Positions 52,392-62,134 of a DNA stretch of 64,000 nucleotides are shown piece by piece. Each line of letters begins with the position of its first letter. The first letter of the stretch is position 1. Source of the DNA: a virus (Duplodnaviria > Heunggongvirae > Uroviricota > Caudoviricetes); IMG/VR virus record IMGVR_UViG_3300049219_000004; one strand, 5' to 3'. Below the pieces are notes generated by a model. It worked only from the letters and a program-made list of their open reading frames with translations. It was not told the DNA's origin and searched no databases. The position numbers and the translations under genes are program-made.

Positions 52392-55300
52392 TCAATGGCA
52401 CGTGGCCCAATTTGTCCCTAACATGTAACCAGCAGTAAGCTCCACCTTCAGCTTGTAGTACTTACCAGCGTCCGTTACTGCTTTCGTAGCAAGCTCACCA
52501 GCACGATTATAAGCCACGTAGAAGCATTTGTCAGTGTGTCCGATGTCAGACCATACCTTATCGGTTTGAGCCTCTTTAAACGCTGCTGCTGCCTTCTTAG
52601 CGGCCTTAGCTTCAGGGCTTAGTTCCATCTTACCTTCTTCGTTCAACACTTCGTACGGGCCGTCGAACTTAAACATCTTGAACTGGACACTAGCCTTGCT
52701 CACTTCACACTGAGCTTCATCATGGTACGCAATTAGTTGCTGAGCAAAATGCTCCTTATCTTCAAGTTTAGCCTTCCAGTCATCACGGAAGAAGTCAACA
52801 GACAGCCCTTCTTCTTTCAGGTAGCGGTCATGCAACACCATAGCACGTTTCGCACAGATAACGCCACAACTTTGGAAAGCAGTGTTAATTACGTTCCCCT
52901 TCGAACGAATCGGAAGTTTCCTTCCGTCGATTCCTAGCAGGAACTTCTTCCCGCCAGTGGACTCCCAATAAGCTTGCATCGCTTCCTTCAACTGCTTCAA
53001 CGGGAAAGCCTTCTCCCAGAACGCGTTGAAAATAATTGTTGCTTCTTCAATGGTACAGCCAACCGTTTTCGCCACTCGGGCAATCTGCGCATTATATGAG
53101 CAGTTACCTGTGACAGTCAGAACGCCACCCTGCCGGATAACAAATGTGTCAAACCCTGTAGTCAAACAGAATACATCCACCTTACGTGTAGGTTTAAACT
53201 CTCCAGTCTGAAATCCAGTCCATCGAGTAGCTGAGCCACGAACTGTTTTGCACGTCTCACTTCCTCGTACAGTGACTTTCCGACCTGTCAACATCAAAGC
53301 TACGGCAATCGCGTCAGCAATATTGCCATCGTTCTGCCTTATCTCCACAGCATTTTTCACCGTAGTACGACCGTCAGCTTTCCAACTAGCAGAGATGAAC
53401 GCCTCCAAAGCCGGGTACGAGAGTTTAACAATCCAACTAACCCAATCAATATCGTGCTTCGATACATTTAACGGCAGGCCACACCGAAACATGAGCGCCC
53501 TAAAGTCGTCAGAATTAATTCGAAATTCAGTCATCTCATTGTAGGTGTACTCCGTGAACTGGATACCTGCAAGCGCTAAATCCTGTTGAACGTCCTTATG
53601 GAATTTCTTTTGGGACTGTCCAATACTCGCCACAACGCCGTTAGCTTGTCCGAACGAATTCTGACGCGCAGAGTCTTTGCCCGACCACTTCCAATATCCA
53701 TCAGTCAGCAGCCAACCAACAACAGCAGCATCAACAGCAGATACATCGCTTCCTCCTTCGTGAAACTGTGCGGTGTTAAGGATAGACGAGTTGGTTTGCA
53801 AATCAAAGCCATACTCCATACATGGGAGATTGTGACTTTCATACCCAGTCTTCGCTACCCACCTATGGTCTTCGGTGCATTCTACGTTCCAGCGTCTGTT
53901 TCCTAGAAGGCCCACTTCAGCATCTTTGTAGAATTGCTTATCACTGACCTTCGTCCATCCAAGTTGGTCATTTGCTGCATTGTAGCCCATAACAACATCA
54001 CCCACGTATATGTCAGCTTGTCTCTTCCACCCTTTCGAAGTTAGAACCTCTGTGTTGTCTACAGGAAGGCACCCGTACTTAACGTTCTTAGCCGTTCCAC
54101 GAGGGAACGGCCTACCAAGCAGCTCCGAAATGTACGCAGCAAGTACAGTGTGGCAGTCGTTTGGCTTCTCTGCCGTCAGCGATAGTCCATACTCGGGGCC
54201 GCCCGGATAACGGTAGGTATAGTGTGCCTCTACCTTGGCCTCCAGCGAATCGAAATCATAGCCCATCTGGTAGAAATACTCGTCCACCCCGAACAACTCT
54301 CGCATCTCACTCCCGTACATCGAAGTGACACGAGGGATGTTAGCCACCAGTCGGTGTTTAAACCGGCTTGTAGCAGCTCCACAGGTATCTGCTGGAGTTG
54401 GGATACGTCCATCGACATCAATTCGCGGAACGCTCATCCAACCCTTCTGCATGTCCTCTTCATCGTCTGGGTCAATACCTCCGCCAAGAATACTGTTACG
54501 TCGGTGCTTGTACGTCAGATAGTGTGAAATCTCCTTTGCGTAAGGGAACTTCTCCGACAATTTTACTAATTCTGGATCTATTTCCTTTTCCATACCCACT
54601 GTCAGCGTAGGATTGGTGTACACCTTCAACGGTCGCTTCAGATGCTCATGTTCTAGCAGCTTACGTAGCACGTATTCCTTGCTGACACGGGGAGAGTATT
54701 CCATCTCTTCCAGCCTGTCAGTTTTGAACGGGCTATCGAAAGTTTGGTCAACCCACTTCGTCACAGCTTCGATGTACTTCTCACGGGTCAGCTTCTTCTT
54801 CTTGCTGTCAACCGTCAAATCACGTTCCTTGTACTGGCTAGGATTCCACCCCATCGAAACAAGCCATTGCTTGATGTGTAGCGTGTCATCCAGCTTAGCT
54901 GGTTCTTCGGTAACGATTGGCTCTGGCTCCATCGGCAGCGTGTACGTCTTCCCGTACATTTCTGCTGTCCACACACCATCCACTTCCTTGAACTCACCTC
55001 CATGCTTCTTAGCGAAGTTCAGAATGTGAACGATAGGTTCACCGTTCTTCTTAAACTGCTTAGAAGTAGGAGTCATATCTGCCAGTCGAGTTTTAGTCAA
55101 AGGCTTCAATGGGATAAGTGGTTCAACTTTCTCCCGTAGCTCTTCCATCTTTGCATCCAAGAATCGGACGTTCTCTACAGCTTTCACCTTGTTGAAAGCG
55201 AAGCCACGATGTTCCTGACGTGTGATGATTTCAGCTACAGCTTTCTCAAGCTCGTATGCATCGTCCCAGTCCCAGTCGCCCCATTCGTTCTTCAGCCAGC

Positions 55301-55877
55301 GATACACACGCTTATTAACATGGCAGTCTCGCATCATGTAGATGCCCATCTCTGGGTGCCACACACGGAACTCTTGACCTTTAGGAGCATCCGGGAGGAT
55401 CAGACCAAGTTCCGTAGCCTTAGCTCTCCAGTTGATCTTCTCCAGTCCGAGAATACTACCGAAATACTCAATGCTGTGCTGTGGACGGTCAGGGTTGAGC
55501 GTCTTCGACATAACAAGCGTATCAGTAATCTTTACCTCTTTCACCTTACCCTTGTACTCCACTGTATCAGGGATGCCTAGCTTGGCACAACCGATGGTGT
55601 AGTGCAGGCCCGTATCGAGTTTTTCAAGAAGATGATCGTACGAGATTGTGTTGTGACCAATCAGTTCGTCCGCCTCTTCCATAATGAACTCTACGTGCTT
55701 GTGCTTCCTTGTATCCTCTGGGCCGAACAACCATTCGTCATCAGAGTTTAGATCAACAAACCCGGTGCAATGGACAAACTCCGGGTCTTTCAAGCGGTAA
55801 GGCGAAGCAAGGTAGTCAATCGATTCTGAGTTCAGGAGATTCTTTGCTTCCTTGTCCCAGATTAGTTGCTTTCCCAT
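52392..55877 (-). CDS. DNA polymerase, family A (Pol I-like) with 3'-5' exonuclease domain, interrupted by an intein
   Basis: 1161 aa; motif A DFDSLEAKV, motif B R..AKNVKYG split after YG by an in-frame Cys...Asn insertion, motif C-like HDE downstream; N-terminal exonuclease acidic motifs. Confidence 0.9.
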   Translation of the reverse strand: MGKQLIWDKEAKNLLNSESIDYLASPYRLKDPEFVHCTGFVDLNSDDEWLFGPEDTRKHKHVEFIMEEADELIGHNTISYDHLLEKLDTGLHYTIGCAKLGIPDTVEYKGKVKEVKITDTLVMSKTLNPDRPQHSIEYFGSILGLEKINWRAKATELGLILPDAPKGQEFRVWHPEMGIYMMRDCHVNKRVYRWLKNEWGDWDWDDAYELEKAVAEIITRQEHRGFAFNKVKAVENVRFLDAKMEELREKVEPLIPLKPLTKTRLADMTPTSKQFKKNGEPIVHILNFAKKHGGEFKEVDGVWTAEMYGKTYTLPMEPEPIVTEEPAKLDDTLHIKQWLVSMGWNPSQYKERDLTVDSKKKKLTREKYIEAVTKWVDQTFDSPFKTDRLEEMEYSPRVSKEYVLRKLLEHEHLKRPLKVYTNPTLTVGMEKEIDPELVKLSEKFPYAKEISHYLTYKHRRNSILGGGIDPDDEEDMQKGWMSVPRIDVDGRIPTPADTCGAATSRFKHRLVANIPRVTSMYGSEMRELFGVDEYFYQMGYDFDSLEAKVEAHYTYRYPGGPEYGLSLTAEKPNDCHTVLAAYISELLGRPFPRGTAKNVKYGCLPVDNTEVLTSKGWKRQADIYVGDVVMGYNAANDQLGWTKVSDKQFYKDAEVGLLGNRRWNVECTEDHRWVAKTGYESHNLPCMEYGFDLQTNSSILNTAQFHEGGSDVSAVDAAVVGWLLTDGYWKWSGKDSARQNSFGQANGVVASIGQSQKKFHKDVQQDLALAGIQFTEYTYNEMTEFRINSDDFRALMFRCGLPLNVSKHDIDWVSWIVKLSYPALEAFISASWKADGRTTVKNAVEIRQNDGNIADAIAVALMLTGRKVTVRGSETCKTVRGSATRWTGFQTGEFKPTRKVDVFCLTTGFDTFVIRQGGVLTVTGNCSYNAQIARVAKTVGCTIEEATIIFNAFWEKAFPLKQLKEAMQAYWESTGGKKFLLGIDGRKLPIRSKGNVINTAFQSCGVICAKRAMVLHDRYLKEEGLSVDFFRDDWKAKLEDKEHFAQQLIAYHDEAQCEVSKASVQFKMFKFDGPYEVLNEEGKMELSPEAKAAKKAAAAFKEAQTDKVWSDIGHTDKCFYVAYNRAGELATKAVTDAGKYYKLKVELTAGYMLGTNWATCH
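53103..54071 (-). mobile_element. intein (323 aa, Hint domain + LAGLIDADG-like homing endonuclease) inside DNA polymerase motif B
   Basis: Begins CLPVDNTEVLTSKGW (block A) at polymerase residue 603, ends ..GGVLTVTGN at residue 925, followed by +1 Cys (CSYNAQ); internal ..AAVVGWLLTDGYW.. LAGLIDADG-like motif. Confidence 0.6.
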
Positions 55878-55901
55878 GCCTTCTCCTTTTTATCATTCAT
55901 T

Positions 55902-56090
55902 TTAGTATCCCAGAATTGCATATGTGTCGTCAGGGAATTCTGACTTCAACATGTTCTTGTTGTAGTTAGCCAGTTCAACAGAGGTAGTCTCCGCACGCTT
56001 GAGAAGCTTTCCGTTGTAGTCTCTAAGAGAGCAAGTACGCCAGTTGGTTCCTTCGCACTTACGCATTACCTTGTAAATTGTTTGTTTCAT
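55902..56090 (-). CDS. hypothetical small protein (62 aa)
   Basis: ORF with SD AAGGAGAGAACATG. Confidence 0.35.
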   Translation of the reverse strand: MKQTIYKVMRKCEGTNWRTCSLRDYNGKLLKRAETTSVELANYNKNMLKSEFPDDTYAILGY

Positions 56091-56181
56091 GTTCTCTCCT
56101 TAAAACGGGAGGGTTGCTATGTCTTCGTCCGAATATCCTTCAGCCTTCCTCTCAGCAACCCATTCTTTATGGGTTTGAATT

Positions 56182-57930
56182 TTATGTGTTACCGAATTTG
56201 TCGAAGTAAAGAGGCCCACTGGGGCCGCTGGCATGGCGAAACCCGGAGCCATCAGCATAGTACGTGGTGGCCTCCCTTTCCTCGCTAGCTTTCCTACGTT
56301 CTCTTAGTTCTTGTGCATAGATTGCCATATCTGCATGGAGATCGTCGTATGGCACACCTTGACTTTTATTAACAGCCATGATTTCCCACGCCATCGGTGC
56401 ATCGTCCGCAACATACCCGTCAGGACAGTCGCCTGCTAGGCTCCTCATCATCGTCTTGAAGGCTCCACCGTTCTTGAAGTACTCCATGGCTTCACGCACC
56501 GAATCGTTAATCTCCAGCACGTTTTGAGCACGAGTGACTGCTACGTACAGAAGGTTTTGTTCCATCTCTGCCAAACCAATCCACTCACCTCCATCGTAGT
56601 GGCTTGGGAAGTCATCTGCCAGAATCACTTGGTCATGCTCCCGGCCCTTAGCTTTGTGGCCTGTGGTGTACACGATACGTGCACTAGTGGGATTCTGATA
56701 GTTCTCCAGCGTACGAACAAACTTCCAGTAATCTCCTCCGTCGATGATATTAACGATACGCTTCATCTCGCCTGTAACCTTCTGCGCTTCTTCCTTGTAC
56801 TCTTCCCAAGTAGGGTAGGGCAGGATGTTCTCGTGCTTAACGTTTGGCATGTCCTTCTGCGAGAGAGCATAGGCCGACTGGAGCATACGGAGGAAGTCTT
56901 TCACATCGATTTCCAGACGGATGTCCTCACCCTTCGCAATAGCAGCTACAGCGGTGTACAGGAGGCCAGTGTTCGTACGGAACAGATACATGTGAGGCTT
57001 GGTTCGATCAACCGTTCCAGCTCCACCGATCTTCGACAGCATATCGTCTCGCCCTGTCAGGGTCATCTTCCCCATCAGCACAGCGGTAGCAACATCAGCT
57101 ACACCTTGTCCGAATCGGAAACTCTTGGTCAGATACTCGCTGCGTCCTTCGATACGCTCCATTGCGTTGATAGCTCCACGCCATCCGTAGATAGCTTGAC
57201 GACGATCACCTACCAGAATGATCTTTGCACCATTTCCGGCTTGAGTCATAACGATGTCCAGAACACATGGAGTAGAGTCTTGTGCCTCATCAAGGTAAAT
57301 CACTTTATAGCCAAGGTCAGGCTTACTCAGTTGGAACTGTTTCAGGTACGTGTCGTGGCTGGCCATGACAGCACTAGAAGGATCAATACGATCATCCCAC
57401 AGCTTACGAGCCAATCGTACGATGTATTCTCCTGCCTTCGGATCAGCACGAAGCGTCTTTTCCATGTCCATCTTTGGAAGATGCTTGTCACTGATTTTAT
57501 CGTCAGCAGACTGCTCAAAACGTTCCACCGTCAGACGTACAAACAGACCAACAGCATTTTCCGTGGACACGATGAAGCCCATGTCATCAATGATGCAGCC
57601 TACCTTGTAAAAGCGGGCAATCTCGGTGCCGGTGAAAGCAACGTTCTTGTAACCTCCCGTTGGTCGCTTCAGCTTGTCTTGCAGCCTACGGCCAAATTTA
57701 GCGTAGGCAATGCTGTGCGTTGTTTTACAAACTACATACGAAGGAAACTTCTCCGCTGCGTCCGTGGCAGTTGCCTTATTGAAGGCCACGTACAGCGAAG
57801 GCTCTTTCACTACACCACTCACCAGTTTAAGCGTAGAAGTCTTGCCGGAGCCAGCTCCAGCTTCAATCTTAACGATGGCATACTTCACAGCAGCGGCCAT
57901 GCACTTCTCTTGTTGTTCAGTTGGGGTCAA
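56182..57930 (-). CDS. SF1 DNA helicase (UvrD/PcrA-like)
   Basis: 582 aa; Walker A AGAGSGKTSTL, motif II-like VIYLDEAQD, SF1 motifs III-VI (LVGDRRQAIYGWRGA, ..TGHKAKGREHD..VAVTRA..); TTG start with SD GGAGAAGAGA. Confidence 0.8.
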   Translation of the reverse strand: MTPTEQQEKCMAAAVKYAIVKIEAGAGSGKTSTLKLVSGVVKEPSLYVAFNKATATDAAEKFPSYVVCKTTHSIAYAKFGRRLQDKLKRPTGGYKNVAFTGTEIARFYKVGCIIDDMGFIVSTENAVGLFVRLTVERFEQSADDKISDKHLPKMDMEKTLRADPKAGEYIVRLARKLWDDRIDPSSAVMASHDTYLKQFQLSKPDLGYKVIYLDEAQDSTPCVLDIVMTQAGNGAKIILVGDRRQAIYGWRGAINAMERIEGRSEYLTKSFRFGQGVADVATAVLMGKMTLTGRDDMLSKIGGAGTVDRTKPHMYLFRTNTGLLYTAVAAIAKGEDIRLEIDVKDFLRMLQSAYALSQKDMPNVKHENILPYPTWEEYKEEAQKVTGEMKRIVNIIDGGDYWKFVRTLENYQNPTSARIVYTTGHKAKGREHDQVILADDFPSHYDGGEWIGLAEMEQNLLYVAVTRAQNVLEINDSVREAMEYFKNGGAFKTMMRSLAGDCPDGYVADDAPMAWEIMAVNKSQGVPYDDLHADMAIYAQELRERRKASEEREATTYYADGSGFRHASGPSGPLYFDKFGNT

Positions 57931-57959
57931 TCTCTTCTCCTTGGGTCAGTTAAGACGCT

Positions 57960-57988
57960 ATCGTACACTACCTACGTAGCTATGTCAA
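57960..57988 (-). promoter_or_regulatory. sigma70-like promoter, minus strand (TTGACA-17-TACGAT)
   Basis: Minus-sense TTGACA (plus 57983-57988), spacer TAGCTACGTAGGTAGTG, TACGAT (plus 57960-57965). Confidence 0.5.
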
Positions 57989-58003
57989 TGCTCTCATAAA
58001 TAG

Positions 58004-58024
58004 AAAAAGCCGCCCGAAGGCGGC
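58004..58024 (-). terminator. rho-independent terminator (minus strand)
   Basis: GCCGCC-CGAA-GGCGGC preceded on plus strand by AAAAA. Confidence 0.55.
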
Positions 58025-58130
58025 ATTCACTTAGTTAGTATCAATAAGCAGACACATAAAGCCGATGACATACCAGTACCACGCTGCATCAAAATTAATG
58101 CAGACAAGCAATGCAAACAACGCTACCATT

Positions 58131-58664
58131 TTAGTTTCCTTTCCCAGTAAGTTCGTAAAACCGTTGATTGTACTCCCATTCAGCATGTGCAGGCGACCAC
58201 GGATCAATCTTGATCTTGTACGGCTGCACGCCACGCAGAATCTCCCATTGTTGAGCCGCTGGAGGCATCAATTGAACCACTTCAGTAGCCAGCATACGAA
58301 GGTCTGCTTCTTTCGTTTCTGGGAGCATTGGAAAGGTAGTGCCAAATCGCTCTGCAACGGCCTTCTCAACACGTTTCTCAATCACTTGATACTCAGGCAG
58401 CATCATCTTTAAAGGTGTTGCTACGTCTCCCATGAAAGCTTCAGACGTATCGTGCAACAAGAACTCCAATGCCATTTTTGGGTCTTTGAATTGCAAGCTT
58501 CCAAGCACACAATGTTGTGCTACCGAGTACGGGAAACTGGTGTGTCCTGTGTAACGATTGATACGGCTCAAGGCCAACGCAACATCTTCAATCGTGAACT
58601 CCGATGTTTCCGGCGACATGAAGTTGAAGTATTTGCCGCTGTACATCATAATCTCTGGTGCCAT
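58131..58664 (-). CDS. HD-domain phosphohydrolase (YfbR-like 5'-deoxynucleotidase)
   Basis: 177 aa; H..HD motif (..YSVAQHCV.., ..LLHDTSEAFMGDVATPLK..) characteristic of HD hydrolases. Confidence 0.65.
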   Translation of the reverse strand: MAPEIMMYSGKYFNFMSPETSEFTIEDVALALSRINRYTGHTSFPYSVAQHCVLGSLQFKDPKMALEFLLHDTSEAFMGDVATPLKMMLPEYQVIEKRVEKAVAERFGTTFPMLPETKEADLRMLATEVVQLMPPAAQQWEILRGVQPYKIKIDPWSPAHAEWEYNQRFYELTGKGN

Positions 58665-59926
58665 TATTTCGTCTCCATCGTATAGTGTTTAGGGTTCTTA
58701 CCTTCGTGTAGCTCATTTAGGTGCTTCACAATGCTACTCAAAGCTTCACGTTCTTTCAGATACCCCGATTGCTTGCACCGATCATCAATCAGCGTTCCAG
58801 CAGCACGTGCTTCAAGAATAATAGCAACGTTAGCCAGTACACCTCCCAAGTTAGGAACTCCGTCTTTGGGATCAAATTCTTCACCAGCAACCCATGCAGC
58901 CAAATGACGCATTGCTCCGTCAATGTAGATGGACGCTTCCACAGGCGTATTGGCGTAGTTAGCCTTGCCATACTTCCCTGCCCCGTTGTAGAAGGCCAGA
59001 GCACCATAAGCGCTACCCAAGCTGCTCCACATACTCAAAGGAATGCTCTGAACGCCAAACTGTTTCTTAGGATTGGTGTCCAGTTGAATTACATTGTTAT
59101 CGTTACGTTGAGTTTCGAAATCATGCACAGGCACAGCTACGTCCTTGCCCAAGTCCCATGCCACGTCTTGCACCATATCTTCCATCGAAACGACAGATGT
59201 TTTCGCTGGCTTTTCTGGCTGCAACGTGTATGCCACAACTTGATACTCTTCGTCCACGGCTACGCCGTCTGGAGAGTGAGTGCCAAATGTGACAATATCA
59301 TCGGCTTCCCGCGTCGAGCCGCCTCGGAGCCTTACCCGTGCGGCATTAGTAGGTGCAGGGTCTTTAGCAGGATCATGGGCAATCCAACCATCCTTAGATT
59401 TCTTGTGTCCTACAACCTTGTAGCTGACGATATCTCCAGCTTCTCCGGTGTCAGTCCATCGCAAGTGTCGTGCTTCTCCTTGCGCTTTTCGTCCCGTAGC
59501 CATTTTGTAGGCTACAACAGCATCTCCACGTACAGGGCAACCAATGAAACTGTTAGGCGTAGCCGTCTTATCCCATTTACGGGCCTTAGCACGTTTCTTT
59601 TGTGCTTTGCTCTCTTCACGCTTGATCTTACGTACTGTTTCAGCGGCTTCTAGCACGTAGTTACGAGATACTTCAGTGTAGTCGTCGTAGCCGAAGTCCT
59701 CTGGAACGATATCAAAACCTTCCGCGTAAGAAATTTCACAGTTCCCGTTTACGCGAAGATAGGCTGCATCGGTGAGTCCTCGTACTTGACGCTTACCTTC
59801 GTCTTGGTAAGCCCATCGGAAGCCCATCTTAAAGAATGCTTTCTCGATGTCCGTAGTATCCTCTCCCGCAACACGGATGAAGCTGTTCTTGAACTGACTG
59901 GTAATCTTATTAGTTGCTACGCTCAT
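58664..59926 (-). CDS. hypothetical protein (420 aa), replication-module protein of unknown function
   Basis: Large ORF between primase-helicase and HD hydrolase with its own promoter and strong SD. Confidence 0.5.
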   Translation of the reverse strand: MSVATNKITSQFKNSFIRVAGEDTTDIEKAFFKMGFRWAYQDEGKRQVRGLTDAAYLRVNGNCEISYAEGFDIVPEDFGYDDYTEVSRNYVLEAAETVRKIKREESKAQKKRAKARKWDKTATPNSFIGCPVRGDAVVAYKMATGRKAQGEARHLRWTDTGEAGDIVSYKVVGHKKSKDGWIAHDPAKDPAPTNAARVRLRGGSTREADDIVTFGTHSPDGVAVDEEYQVVAYTLQPEKPAKTSVVSMEDMVQDVAWDLGKDVAVPVHDFETQRNDNNVIQLDTNPKKQFGVQSIPLSMWSSLGSAYGALAFYNGAGKYGKANYANTPVEASIYIDGAMRHLAAWVAGEEFDPKDGVPNLGGVLANVAIILEARAAGTLIDDRCKQSGYLKEREALSSIVKHLNELHEGKNPKHYTMETK

Positions 59927-59956
59927 ATTTTCTCCTTGAGTTAGTTATAAGGAGGT

Positions 59957-59985
59957 AGCTTACACTACCTACCTAAGTTTGTCAA
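59957..59985 (-). promoter_or_regulatory. sigma70-like promoter, minus strand (TTGACA-17-TAAGCT)
   Basis: Minus-sense TTGACA (plus 59980-59985), spacer AACTTAGGTAGGTAGTG, TAAGCT (plus 59957-59962). Confidence 0.5.
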
Positions 59986-61742
59986 AATTCTTTTGTCCCG
60001 TTCTTGCTCATCCAGTCGTCCTTGTCCCACATAGTGTGGCTTTCATTGGCGTAATAGTACTCGCCAGCTACACCAGTCTTACCCGTCCAACGAATCTTCG
60101 AAGCCTTCATCTTGGTAGTGTTACGTTCGATTTCGTCTTCAGCTTCCTTGTTACGAGTGAACAGCAGGTTACATGCACCGGACTTGAAGATAGAGGACGA
60201 ACCTTGCATATCTTCTTCAAACAGGTCAGCACCCGTGGAATTGGCCTTCTGATTACCACCACTCTTACGTACGTGGTTGACGTTGATGAAAGTGACATCG
60301 TGACTCTTCACCATACCCTTCATCCATTTCAAGAACACCGCTTGATCTTCGTTGCTCATACCGTCCAAGATGTCCTGTAGTGGGTCAAGAATGATAAGCT
60401 GACAGCCACATGCAATGATGAGCTGTTCAATCTTCTCCTTCATCGACTCAAGTCCACCATCACGATCTTCAACGAGGAAGAAGCGTTCACTACCATCCTC
60501 ACGGAAGTATAGCTCATGTTCCTTCTGTCGTACATAGTCTGTGTCCAGATACGCCAGCTTTTCGTTCACGTCTTCAATCAGGTCGATCTTCCGGCCCAAG
60601 TGTCGGCTAAGAATCTTCGTACCATACTGCCCACTATCGCTCTCAAGAGTGACGATACCCGGCTTGTATGGGCTGTTAAAAATCCAGTAGTAGGTCATCT
60701 CGTCAATAATCGTAGACTTACCTGTACCAGACGCAGAGCCAAGGTTGATGATGGTTTTCAGTGGAATACCGCCAGCCATCATCCGCTGCAACTTGTGCAT
60801 GAACGGAGGCAGTGGAATCTTCAACTGTGCAGCAGCCTCACGAATCTTATCAGCCAGCGATGCAGCACCAACAATACCATCAGGAGTGTAGGGCTTAGCT
60901 TTGAAGTAATCGTTAATAAACTGCTTATCCATGCCGCTTGTCAGCATCAGATTAGGGTCTTTCTTCGTCCACTTCGCTACGTACACTTTGTTCTTCGGCA
61001 GCACCTTAGCAATCTTGTGTGTAGCCTTCTCTCCAGCAGCATCATTGTCCATGCCGATGATAATTTTATCGAACTTGTTGAACCACTCGTACTGTGCTTG
61101 AATCTGCTTTACACAGCCAGTTTCTCCGACTGTAGGAGAGACAACTGGGATTGGGTCGTAGCCACGAGATGCCTGATACTCTGCAAGCATCTGGTAAGCC
61201 GATTCCATGTCCACTTCACCGCCAGTAAGCAGCAATGTACGACCCCCGTTAGGGAACTTTACCTGCCCTGCGAGTTCACAGTCCTTGCCTACCAGTCCTA
61301 CAGGGTTGCTAAAGTCCTTGGGGAAGGTGCGTACTTTGAAACCAACCAGTTTTCCGTCGATGGTAGTTGGTACGTATTGTGCGTCTGGTTCTCCGGTTTC
61401 TTCGTCGTAGGTGTAACGAATGTTAAAGAACTTGTTTGTCTCATCCTTGATCCCACGCCAGCCCTTGCACTTGAGGCCAGTGTATCCCTTAATTTGCTCA
61501 TATTCTTCCTTTGTAAGTCGTTCTCTTGTGCTCACTTCTTCTTCCTCATCTTCAAAATCAATTCCACGAGCTTCACGTTCCGCATCACTCAAGATGGTGA
61601 ACTCGCATGCGTGGCAGTAAGCGCCCTTACCCTCTCCGTATACTTGCAGGTTGTCCTTCGCTGTATCTCGCCCATTACGAGCGCAACGAGGACATTGACA
61701 GTTGTGAGGGTAAGACAAGTCAATGCCCCATTTGTTGGTCAT
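59982..61742 (-). CDS. bifunctional DNA primase/DnaB-like helicase (T7 gp4-like)
   Basis: 586 aa; N-terminal zinc ribbon CPRCARNG..CHACEF, central primase/TOPRIM-like region, C-terminal Walker A GSASGTGKST and DnaB-family motifs. Confidence 0.8.
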   Translation of the reverse strand: MTNKWGIDLSYPHNCQCPRCARNGRDTAKDNLQVYGEGKGAYCHACEFTILSDAEREARGIDFEDEEEEVSTRERLTKEEYEQIKGYTGLKCKGWRGIKDETNKFFNIRYTYDEETGEPDAQYVPTTIDGKLVGFKVRTFPKDFSNPVGLVGKDCELAGQVKFPNGGRTLLLTGGEVDMESAYQMLAEYQASRGYDPIPVVSPTVGETGCVKQIQAQYEWFNKFDKIIIGMDNDAAGEKATHKIAKVLPKNKVYVAKWTKKDPNLMLTSGMDKQFINDYFKAKPYTPDGIVGAASLADKIREAAAQLKIPLPPFMHKLQRMMAGGIPLKTIINLGSASGTGKSTIIDEMTYYWIFNSPYKPGIVTLESDSGQYGTKILSRHLGRKIDLIEDVNEKLAYLDTDYVRQKEHELYFREDGSERFFLVEDRDGGLESMKEKIEQLIIACGCQLIILDPLQDILDGMSNEDQAVFLKWMKGMVKSHDVTFINVNHVRKSGGNQKANSTGADLFEEDMQGSSSIFKSGACNLLFTRNKEAEDEIERNTTKMKASKIRWTGKTGVAGEYYYANESHTMWDKDDWMSKNGTKEF

Positions 61743-62134
61743 CAGTAGTCTAATTTCCTTGTAACGTGGTATTCATCGTAGATGCCCTTAGGCTCCTTGT
61801 GCTGCTCAGCAGACCGGATATGCCACTCCACTGCATTACACTTGTAAGGCTCCAAGTCTTCTTCAACCCACGCATGGGAAATCTGCATTCCAGAGATACA
61901 ACTTGTGTCTTCCAAGGACACAAATCGAATGCTCCCTCCGTCCTCATGTTTAGCAGTTCTGGTGAACACATTGAAAGAGAAGCCGTTAGGCTTTCCTACA
62001 AGGTTAATCAACGTATGCCATGCGTTCTGAGCCTTGCTCCATGTACTGAAGGCGAACAGCACCTTAGAGTTAGGATCAAACTTTGCAAGCATCAGTGCGT
62101 ATTGAAGCCTGTACTCAAGCGCTTTCTTCCTCAT
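61742..62134 (-). CDS. hypothetical protein (start likely at internal Met; longer frame overlaps ThyX-like gene)
   Basis: ORF coupled to primase-helicase start. Confidence 0.35.
   Translation of the reverse strand: MRKKALEYRLQYALMLAKFDPNSKVLFAFSTWSKAQNAWHTLINLVGKPNGFSFNVFTRTAKHEDGGSIRFVSLEDTSCISGMQISHAWVEEDLEPYKCNAVEWHIRSAEQHKEPKGIYDEYHVTRKLDY

Noticed and set aside
56524-57999. 491-aa plus-strand ORF antisense to the SF1 helicase
   Set aside because: Helicase motifs on the minus strand are unambiguous; the antisense ORF is Ser/Leu/Val-rich noise.
58031-58234. 67-aa minus-strand ORF downstream of the HD-hydrolase gene
   Set aside because: Overlaps the HD gene 3' end and the terminator/promoter region in another frame; hydrophobic low-complexity product, no SD.
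60516-61748. 410-aa plus-strand ORF antisense to the primase-helicase
   Set aside because: Same logic; Walker A and zinc-ribbon motifs are on the minus strand.
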